Source of the DNA: an uncultured Gemmatimonadota bacterium
Lineage (GTDB): Bacteria > Gemmatimonadota > Gemmatimonadetes > Palauibacterales > Palauibacteraceae
DNA length: 64,000 nucleotides
Direction: 5' to 3'
Assembly: GCA_964480515.1 (NCBI GenBank)
Contig: CAYZOT010000009.1
Span: 33,205 to 97,204, forward strand
Part shown: in pieces, positions 39,688 through 46,982 of the stretch
Layout: every line of letters begins with the position of its first letter
How positions within the stretch are numbered: position 1 is the first letter of the stretch
Translations under genes and position numbers: made by a program
The notes under the pieces: model-generated
Told to the model about the DNA's origin: nothing
The model's database searches: none
The model's input: the letters and a program-made list of their open reading frames with translations, nothing else

Positions 39688-40596
39688 TTATAATGGATTG
39701 TCGGGCATCGCAATTGTTCGCCACATATGGGCCACGGGGCTGTTATCGTAGCCAAGGCCTTCCTTCGGCTGCTTGAAGTGACGACCGATGATGTCGATGA
39801 ACGGATCGAGCGAGACTTCCTTCCCCTCCTGAAACGCGTACGTGTCGTTTACGCAGATCATACGTGCTGCCACATATAGGGGGTGTTTCGTTGCGAACTC
39901 AGCTTGTTGCTTAATGTAGTCGGGTGGAATGTAGTCTTCACCGAATATCCGGTTGTATAGTTCTGGATATTCATAACCGTACTCTTCATCTGGATAAAAC
40001 CGGAGTGCGGCATGATACCGAATTCCCCAGCTCACATATTCTGGTACATAAGGCTCGACGAGCTGACCGCCCCACCATCCGTGGTCAACCTTGATAAGAT
40101 TTTGTACCACATCGTGGAGCAGACCACCCATGACGTTCTCTTCGGGTTGTCCATCCTCCAACGCGTGCATGGCACTTTGTAACACGTGATTGGCCGGAGC
40201 AAAACGAAGCCGGAAAAAATCCTCTAGTGTCGGCTTCTTCGGCATGGGTTCAAGGACACGCTCGTTCGTCCGAAACAGGTTCCCTGTCCCTCGTCGAGTC
40301 TGGGGAGCTTCTTGTTTGTCCTCGTCTTCGTGGGTCTCGGCGTGTAGCTCGGCCTCAGCCTCAGCTGTTTCCGCTAGAAGCTCGTTTGTGTCGAGAAGCT
40401 TGGGATCGAGGTCCTCGGTGGACGGAGCTCCATCTGGGAGGTGGTGGTGATCGTGATTGTCGTGGTGATCGAGGTCCTCGCCATCGAGCAGGTCGACCAT
40501 GTGGTGTTCTAGAGCCTCAGCCCGGTCCTCTGGGGTCATGACGGATAGAGCGCCCGCACCCAGAGAAGCAAGAAACTTCCTGCGATCCACTTCCAC
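39688..40596 (-). CDS. Tat-signal HD-domain protein with MIOX/PhnZ-like (mixed-valent diiron oxygenase type) ligand pattern and a His/Asp-rich linker
   Basis: N-terminus MEVDRRKFLASLGAGALSV has a twin-arginine motif (RRKFL). Residues 31-52 contain 9 His (HH...DHHDNHDHHH), followed by an acidic linker. The C-terminal domain has the ordered ligands H137 (NHVLQSA), H161-D162 (GGLLHDV), H172, H195 (IRYHA) and D251 (VNDTY). GGGAGGG SD precedes GTG 40596. Confidence 0.6.
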   Translation of the reverse strand: MEVDRRKFLASLGAGALSVMTPEDRAEALEHHMVDLLDGEDLDHHDNHDHHHLPDGAPSTEDLDPKLLDTNELLAETAEAEAELHAETHEDEDKQEAPQTRRGTGNLFRTNERVLEPMPKKPTLEDFFRLRFAPANHVLQSAMHALEDGQPEENVMGGLLHDVVQNLIKVDHGWWGGQLVEPYVPEYVSWGIRYHAALRFYPDEEYGYEYPELYNRIFGEDYIPPDYIKQQAEFATKHPLYVAARMICVNDTYAFQEGKEVSLDPFIDIIGRHFKQPKEGLGYDNSPVAHMWRTIAMPDNPL

Positions 40597-40837
40597 GATT
40601 CCCTCCCGCGCTGGCGACTAGACTCTGGCGACTCTTCCAACCTGTTCGAGTCTGCCTCTGTTCGCTACCCCCTAAAATATGGAGGTGAACACTTTTATGT
40701 GGAGTGACTTGTCTCAAGAATGCTGGGCCGAACGGAGGCAGTTGACCTTCAGTGCCCAAATCTGGCGTGCTTTCCTTCGAAAGTATGAAATTGTCCTAGC
40801 TAGAACGTCCCTCTACGACTCGTCTGTCGACCGCTAG

Positions 40838-41053
40838 TTAGACTGCGGCTTCCTTGGTCACGTTTTCCGCTTTTGGACCCTTGGGTCCTTCCACGACGTC
40901 GAGTTCGACTTTCTCGCCTTCGCTCAAACTTTTGAACCCGTCGCCTTGAATCGCTGTGTGGTGAACGAAGACTTCGGTTGATTCGTCATCTAGCGAGATA
41001 AAACCAAAGCCTTTTTGGTCGTTGAACCACTTCACCGTTCCGTTTTTTCGCAT
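40838..41053 (-). CDS. Cold-shock protein (CspA family)
   Basis: 71 aa. [15 protein letters not shown] (RNP1) and VFVHHTAI (RNP2). AGGAG 8 nt upstream. Confidence 0.95.
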   Translation of the reverse strand: MRKNGTVKWFNDQKGFGFISLDDESTEVFVHHTAIQGDGFKSLSEGEKVELDVVEGPKGPKAENVTKEAAV

Positions 41054-41453
41054 TGCTACACTCCTGAAGAGAGGCTGATGTCACCAAAGGTACGGGATTT
41101 CCGCAGATGCCGACCTTAACTCGCTACAGGTCTCGATGGCCGGTGCTGCCGATTTTCCGGGCCCAGAATAAAGACCGAATCCCATTCTGTCCATGAGGCG
41201 TGGATAATACACTGCTAGGCTTGGAGCGCACTGGATGTTTGTGCAGTACACGCCGTTTATTGGTTTTTGCATGAGCTGGTGTTGAATCAGTAGGACGAAT
41301 CTCAAAAGGTGATAAAGGGCAGGATCGAACTTTGTGGGAGGGTTGACTCTAGTTAGTCCGACATCGCATACAGATGTGTGGGCATGCTATCAACTAGTCG
41401 GAAGCTAGAACCTCCAGCCGGAATGGTGGTACACTGCGCTCACGGTCCAATCG
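41054..41453 (-). promoter_or_regulatory. Long ORF-free leader/promoter region upstream of the cold-shock gene
   Basis: About 400 nt with no credible ORF between the upstream gene stop (41454) and the csp ATG (41053). Long structured 5' leaders are typical of csp genes. The boundaries of any transcript are unknown. Confidence 0.35.
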
Positions 41454-42230
41454 TCAATTCTTTGCAGGAAGAAAATCTCGGAGACGAAGCTTCGTTTGAT
41501 GATCTTTCATCGTTACGCCCCGCATGTTTTGACCCTGGACGTATGTGCGTTGCCATCCCTGTTTTACAGCTTTCTCTTCCTGTTCATGAAGATCGTCGAT
41601 GAACTGGGCTCGTGAATCTCGCCAGCCAACATATTGGTTTTGCAGTTGTTTGTCGGCGGATAATTCCCGGGTTCGTGGTTGCACTTTATCGAGGTAGTAC
41701 CTGGGGAAGGGTAGGATGCGGCAGATGGGTTCGTCTTTATCGAACCGAATCCACTGCTTAGCCCGGGTAATCTTCCAGTTCATTGTGAAGGTGAACGGTG
41801 CCCAGTCGGTCTCGACGATTCCCTCTAATGGTGCTACCCCATCTTTCGGTAAGTTCGGGCAACCTTTTACCCAGAGATTATGATCTTTAGAAGTGCGGAA
41901 GAGATACCCCGGCGTAAATGTGAGGACACCGGACCCGAAATGAGAGGCAATCGAATCTACAGGATTGTCGTCCCACTTAAACTTGATTGATTTGAGATCG
42001 GGTTTCCCACTCCAGCGCACGGAAAATCCAGTTGGGCACAAAAGATCCCAACCGGCTTGATTTGTGATGAGCAGGGGAAGGCACCGGTAGGCGAAACGTT
42101 CCGGGAGTTCATCCATCCACTCTCTACGCTGGTTTCCCTTGACGATCTTAAGGGCATTTTCGGACACACGGTGGGCGGTGAGTTTCACACCGTGATACTG
42201 AGAGTCCCGGATTTTCGTTTTCTTGGTCAC
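41454..42230 (-). CDS. Conserved hypothetical protein (I recall similarity to the DUF6065 family; unverified)
   Basis: 258-aa soluble, beta-rich-looking protein with the motif RCLPLLITNQAGWDLLCP. No recognisable catalytic signature. Confidence 0.45.
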   Translation of the reverse strand: MTKKTKIRDSQYHGVKLTAHRVSENALKIVKGNQRREWMDELPERFAYRCLPLLITNQAGWDLLCPTGFSVRWSGKPDLKSIKFKWDDNPVDSIASHFGSGVLTFTPGYLFRTSKDHNLWVKGCPNLPKDGVAPLEGIVETDWAPFTFTMNWKITRAKQWIRFDKDEPICRILPFPRYYLDKVQPRTRELSADKQLQNQYVGWRDSRAQFIDDLHEQEEKAVKQGWQRTYVQGQNMRGVTMKDHQTKLRLRDFLPAKN

Positions 42231-42436
42231 AGGCGGTTCCGGCTAGGGTCGACACCGAGATCACCCGGTGGGGTTGTCGTCGTTTCTGCTTAGTAGTGCT
42301 CTTTCCGGAAGATCTTGATCTGGCTCTCTTGACCTACGCGCAGGTCAGAACCGTCCTACTTATGCTGGTCACCGCTTAAAGATCAATTAACTCAGCTACT
42401 TTCGCGAGTCTCTCTCAAAGATTCTTGAACTGAACT

Positions 42437-42988
42437 CTAGCGGCCACCGGGCAGCTGGTTAAACGACGGAATGTTTCCGCCACCTGTTGCCGGCGCATCT
42501 TCAGGCGGTAGTGGTTTAGCAAGATCGAATTCTACTGAAACCCCATCGATTATGGTGGAAGCTCTCAGTTTGATCCTGTCTTCTAAGAACTCGATCTGGA
42601 ACACGATTCGTGGCGGGTCGATCGGTATCGAAGGGTCAACATAAACAGTCAGTTGCTGTGCTGGAACGTCGTAGGCCCATGTGCCGTGGAGATGGGTGCT
42701 GAGGTCAGCTCCTCCGGCGCCGTGTCCGGGAATGAATACGCGTCCGCTAATCTGTCGAGTCGACCCGACCGAGAGTCGGATGTCCGATCCATCCTCAGAG
42801 GTACTCCACCTGCCGGGCCGGAATGGTGACGAGCGCGTCAGTAACTCAGCTGGTCGATATGCTCCGATGATCGAGTACAGCGCCCGATATGGGGGGCCGT
42901 AGGGGTTCGTATCTACTTCGCAGGCCGAGACACCTAGGGTGAGAGCCAACGCCAGACTCACGCCCCACCTTGTTTTAGCTGAACTCAT
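42437..42988 (-). CDS. Hypothetical lipoprotein
   Basis: MSSAKTRWGVSLALALTLGVSAC has a canonical lipobox. The mature part of about 160 aa has no recognisable family. ATG 42988 preferred over 43006. Confidence 0.6.
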   Translation of the reverse strand: MSSAKTRWGVSLALALTLGVSACEVDTNPYGPPYRALYSIIGAYRPAELLTRSSPFRPGRWSTSEDGSDIRLSVGSTRQISGRVFIPGHGAGGADLSTHLHGTWAYDVPAQQLTVYVDPSIPIDPPRIVFQIEFLEDRIKLRASTIIDGVSVEFDLAKPLPPEDAPATGGGNIPSFNQLPGGR

Positions 42989-43161
42989 GTGCACCCGGGT
43001 TTCCACTATGGGCCAACTATCTACCTCACACGGCTATCGTTCACTAGTTCACAGCACAAATTGTTGCTTATGCTTAACGTACGGGTTTAGAAGTGCTTGT
43101 GTTGAGTGCTACTCCAACTGCGATGTAATATAGAAGTGCAATGCGATAAGCGCATCTGATC

Positions 43162-43198
43162 GTTGCGCACGGTGGTGTTAGACTCCAGTGTGCGCAAC
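43162..43198. promoter_or_regulatory. 9-bp perfect inverted repeat upstream of the DUF1015 gene
   Basis: GTTGCGCAC (43162-43170) and GTGCGCAAC (43190-43198) are separated by 19 nt and lie 35 nt upstream of ATG 43233 in a divergent intergenic region. Could be an operator or a leader hairpin. Confidence 0.3.
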
Positions 43199-43232
43199 CG
43201 GTCCGACCTTCAGACCAGTCAATCATGGAACT

Positions 43233-44486
43233 ATGATTACGATCCAACCCATAACGCGAGCTCTCGTCCCGGTGAACACGGACGCCGCAGAACGAATTTC
43301 GGCTCCAAATTACGATGAATTTCAAGGTGATCTTGAGATCTGGCGAGCAATTCACGAGGCACCCGAATCAGTACTACGTGTCACTATGGCACACTGTGAT
43401 ACTGACGATCCCTCGCAAGTTATCGAGGGTGACTCCGTGCAGGCCCTGGACTGGGCTAGCAGGAATATGGGGGTGCTCCGTGAGACAGCTCTGACTTGTG
43501 AGGTGGAGCGCCTCCTATTCGTCTACGAGATTATGGATCCCAGTCGCCCTAGGGCGAAGCAAATTGGGCTGGGTGGTATGGCGCGGACCGAAGAAATCCG
43601 AACGGTAGCGAATCCCAACGGTCCAATCATCCGGAATGAAGGTATTCGTGAACCCAAGGCCCGAGGGAGGGCCAAGCTTGTCGAAGCCACGAGGGCAATT
43701 ATAGGCACGGTTAATCTCGCCATCGAGGACCAATCAGGCGTTTTTGTAGCAGCCCTTGACCGTCAGGTAGATGGAATTCCTCCACACTACGAGGTGACCG
43801 GTAATGGAAGAACGATTCACCGGATCTGGCTCATCACGGAACCGGGTGCCATTTCACGCTTCCAGCAACTTCTTGCAGATGAGCCGGAAGCCTATGTCGC
43901 GGACGGTAACCACCGCAGCGCCGCTGCGGCGATGCTAGGTCACGAAAATTTCCTCACAGTGTTTTTTGCCGCAGACCAAATGGGGATTGCGCCGTATAAC
44001 CGCCTCCTGCGGTTGACTGAAAGACGGAGATCGAAGCCACTAACACAGGTGTTGGAGACGTCGTTCAAATGGGCCCCGGCACCTTCGGACGGTCCCTTCC
44101 AGCCTCTAACTACACACGAAATTGGGCTTTATACGAAGCTGGATGGGTGGCTTCGATTGATTCCGCGGTCGGCAATCTTCGATTCGGCGAACGCATCAGC
44201 TTCCATCGACCATGCCATCGTCCAACAACACTTGTTCACCCCTCTCGGGGTTGATGATCCTGGAGACGAGCGTCTTACCTTCGTCGGGGCCAATAAAGAC
44301 GCTGCGTGGTTAGAACGTCAGGTTGATGGTGGCCGCGCTGATATTGCGGTTACCCTACCACCGGTTACAATGCGCCAATTCATCAATGTTTGCCGTCAAC
44401 GGCGGATGATGCCACCCAAATCAACCTGGTTTGAGCCCAAGATTCGGAGTGGGCTCGTTATGGTGCTTCTCGGAGACAATTCCTAG
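43233..44486 (+). CDS. DUF1015 domain-containing protein
   Basis: About 417 aa with ISAPNYDEF near the N-terminus and the ADGNHRSAAA motif characteristic of DUF1015. ATG 43233 preferred over ORF-track start 43188. Confidence 0.75.
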   Translation: MITIQPITRALVPVNTDAAERISAPNYDEFQGDLEIWRAIHEAPESVLRVTMAHCDTDDPSQVIEGDSVQALDWASRNMGVLRETALTCEVERLLFVYEIMDPSRPRAKQIGLGGMARTEEIRTVANPNGPIIRNEGIREPKARGRAKLVEATRAIIGTVNLAIEDQSGVFVAALDRQVDGIPPHYEVTGNGRTIHRIWLITEPGAISRFQQLLADEPEAYVADGNHRSAAAAMLGHENFLTVFFAADQMGIAPYNRLLRLTERRRSKPLTQVLETSFKWAPAPSDGPFQPLTTHEIGLYTKLDGWLRLIPRSAIFDSANASASIDHAIVQQHLFTPLGVDDPGDERLTFVGANKDAAWLERQVDGGRADIAVTLPPVTMRQFINVCRQRRMMPPKSTWFEPKIRSGLVMVLLGDNS

Positions 44487-44977
44487 CTCTCACTTATGGC
44501 GTACGCCGTAGAAGGACACGTCTGACCTGTTTTATACAGCTATGACAAGGGGAAGATGGGGATTGAAACGATTTGTGTACACTACAGACTCATCGAATAG
44601 GTTATTTAAAAACGATCGTTAACACGGTTGATCTTTAAACTACGTAAATTATTCGGGTCAAAACTGTTACCTGAAAAACTGGACACTGTTGCGGACCATC
44701 TGTATCATTGCGGTCGAGATTTTTCGGGCTGGAGATTAAATGAAATTCTCGTTCACGCGTCCAAACGGACCCCACCCCCCGTTGTGCCACCATAGGGAGA
44801 GTAGCGCGGGGATCTCGCTTGGATGCTTCGGGCTTAGTCAGTAGCGCCCTGTGACTGACGGGGCGGAGCTATAGCTATAAGACTCCATATAATTCGGATT
44901 CTCTCCTTAGGCTTTTCGATCATTCATACGCTTTGGTTGTCGAGTGTCACGCGGTAGCGAGGAGGCGTCATCTTGCA

Positions 44978-46186
44978 ATGAGATCTAATCGACATGAGGT
45001 AGTCGTCGTGGGCGCCGGTCCGGCGGGAAGCTCGGCTGCACTGCATCTTGCACAACGTGGCCACGACGTTGTTCTGGTCGATAAGAGCAAAGGGCCGCGG
45101 TGTCGGATCGTGTGTACGGGTATCGTGGGGCGAGAGGCTTACGAAAAACTAGATCTTCCGTGCGATCCTGTGATTGATACGATCGATCGGGCCCGTTTCT
45201 TCTCCCCGTCTGGAGTGGAGGTGAGCTACGAACCACGTGCCCCTATGGGACACGTGGTGGACCGAGTCAAGTTCGATGCAGCCCTGACGGAACAGGCCTG
45301 CGATGCTGGTGCAACCTTGTTACGTGGGTACACAGCACGGGGCATAGAGACGGTTCGAGATGGGTTGAAGGTAACACTCGATAACGGAGAGTATCGCTCG
45401 CTCCATGCCCGGGCTCTTGTAGTAGCCACGGGATATCAGCGGCGGCTTCACAATATGGCGCGACTTGGACGGGCGGTAAGTTACATTAACGGGGTGAGCG
45501 CCGATCTCCCATTTGCCGACTTGGACGCGGCGGAACTGTATTTTGGCAACCAGATTGCACCCGGATTTTTTGCGTGGGCTGTTCCCTACGGGTCTGGAAA
45601 AGCACGGTTGGGTGTGCTCACTCCGAACGGTGGGAAGGCGTTCTTCCGTAAGTTCTTGGAGATGGAACCAATCAGATCTCGTCTCCGTACTGATTTCACA
45701 GAGGGCGGGATTGACCTAATTCAGAGACGCATGATGAGCCGTGGGATTGTCCAAGGAACGGTGCAGCCGAGTTACTCGGACCGTGTGCTCGCCGTGGGTG
45801 AGGCTGCTGGTCAAATCAAGACCACCACTTCGGGCGGGATTTATTATGGAATGATTGGTGCGGGTATCGCCGCGGAGGTCCTCAGTACTGGGTTGCGAAA
45901 AAATCGACTGAGCAGTGATCACCTTTCCACCTACGAAACTGCATGGAAAGCTCGCCTTGGAGGAGAAATCGACGCAGGGTTTGAACTCCAGCGTATGGGT
46001 GGGGCTATGAGTGACCCGGAGATAGACGAACTTTTCACTGCGCTCAACAGCGGACTCGGCCCAGCGGTTCGAGTCCTCATCCAGTTTGACTGGCACCAGC
46101 CGGCACTTCGTGCATTGCTCAAACGCAGAGCATCATGGCGACTCGGAAGCAGTGTGAAAACTGTCAGAGGGAAAGAGGTTGCATGA
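44978..46186 (+). CDS. FAD-dependent oxidoreductase, geranylgeranyl reductase family
   Basis: Rossmann motif VVVVGAGPAGSSAA plus VLVDK, GEAAGQIKTTTSGGIYYG (the GDAAG-type motif), and about 400 aa like GGR-family flavoproteins. ATG 44978 preferred over TTG 44933. Confidence 0.8.
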   Translation: MRSNRHEVVVVGAGPAGSSAALHLAQRGHDVVLVDKSKGPRCRIVCTGIVGREAYEKLDLPCDPVIDTIDRARFFSPSGVEVSYEPRAPMGHVVDRVKFDAALTEQACDAGATLLRGYTARGIETVRDGLKVTLDNGEYRSLHARALVVATGYQRRLHNMARLGRAVSYINGVSADLPFADLDAAELYFGNQIAPGFFAWAVPYGSGKARLGVLTPNGGKAFFRKFLEMEPIRSRLRTDFTEGGIDLIQRRMMSRGIVQGTVQPSYSDRVLAVGEAAGQIKTTTSGGIYYGMIGAGIAAEVLSTGLRKNRLSSDHLSTYETAWKARLGGEIDAGFELQRMGGAMSDPEIDELFTALNSGLGPAVRVLIQFDWHQPALRALLKRRASWRLGSSVKTVRGKEVA

Positions 46187-46301
46187 GCAGCCTAATACAT
46201 GGCGGCGTCATCTCCGACGCCGTCCGTGACACGATTGTGTCGACTACGGGTGGGACTGATCGAGGTGGCCGTGTGGGCCAGGGTGTGCTACACGCCGACT
46301 C

Positions 46302-46973
46302 ATGTATAAGCAAGAGGAACGAGTGAACACAAGCATACGAAACATTTCAGGTTTATTACTCGTATTGACCATGATTGCGAGTTTTGGATGTGCGATAGGT
46401 CCGCCACCTGCGGACATGGTTCTCATTCCTGAACTTACCTCTCAAGGTTTGAGGGCGGGCGATGCGGTCCAGGTGGAGATTTGGGGCGAGCTTGACTTGT
46501 CAGGTGAGTTTACGGTCAACCGAAACGGTGTCGTGGTGTTTCCGCTTTTGGGTGAACGAAACGTTTCTGGCATCCCATCAGATGACCTCGAACAGCAACT
46601 CGTGGTCGACTACGCCGAGTTTCTGGAGAACCCGTCTGTGAACGTTACGGTGCTCCGCAGAATTTCCATTTTAGGTGAAGTCATGATGCCTGGACTTTAT
46701 CCGGTGGATACCACACACACACTGACGGAGATGCTTGCTCTAGCAGGCGGTTTGACTTCGACTGCGAACAAGCACGATATCCAACTGATCCGTGATGGAA
46801 CGGTGCTTCGACAGAGTCTTGATATGTTCAGCCTGATCGACGCAACACCAATCCAAGCGGGTGATCAGATAAAGGTAGGGGAACGAGGTTGGTTCCAGCG
46901 TAACTTGGCCTTAGTTACGACCGGCATCGCTGCATTAACGACGATTTTTGTATCCATAGTCGTAGCTAATTAG
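46302..46973 (+). CDS. Polysaccharide export protein (Wza/GumB-like, Poly_export plus SLBB)
   Basis: GDAVQVEIWGELDLSGEFTVNRNGVVVFPLLGE and ISILGEVMMPGLYPV motifs. Signal peptide with Cys. GTG 46323 (AGAGGA upstream) is an alternative start. Confidence 0.85.
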   Translation: MYKQEERVNTSIRNISGLLLVLTMIASFGCAIGPPPADMVLIPELTSQGLRAGDAVQVEIWGELDLSGEFTVNRNGVVVFPLLGERNVSGIPSDDLEQQLVVDYAEFLENPSVNVTVLRRISILGEVMMPGLYPVDTTHTLTEMLALAGGLTSTANKHDIQLIRDGTVLRQSLDMFSLIDATPIQAGDQIKVGERGWFQRNLALVTTGIAALTTIFVSIVVAN

Positions 46974-46982
46974 GGGAGTGAG

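Noticed and set aside
42339-42356. TGACCT-N6-AGGTCA palindrome considered as an intrinsic terminator for the lipoprotein gene
   Set aside because: It has only a 6-bp stem and no U-tract, and it lies about 80 nt from the stop. It is kept only as a possible protein-binding site within another finding.
44860-44935. GGGGCGGAGCTATAGCTATAAGACTCC... inspected as a possible tRNA or tRNA-like element
   Set aside because: It has no T-loop (GGTTCGAATCC-like) and no acceptor-stem complementarity, and a cloverleaf cannot be drawn.
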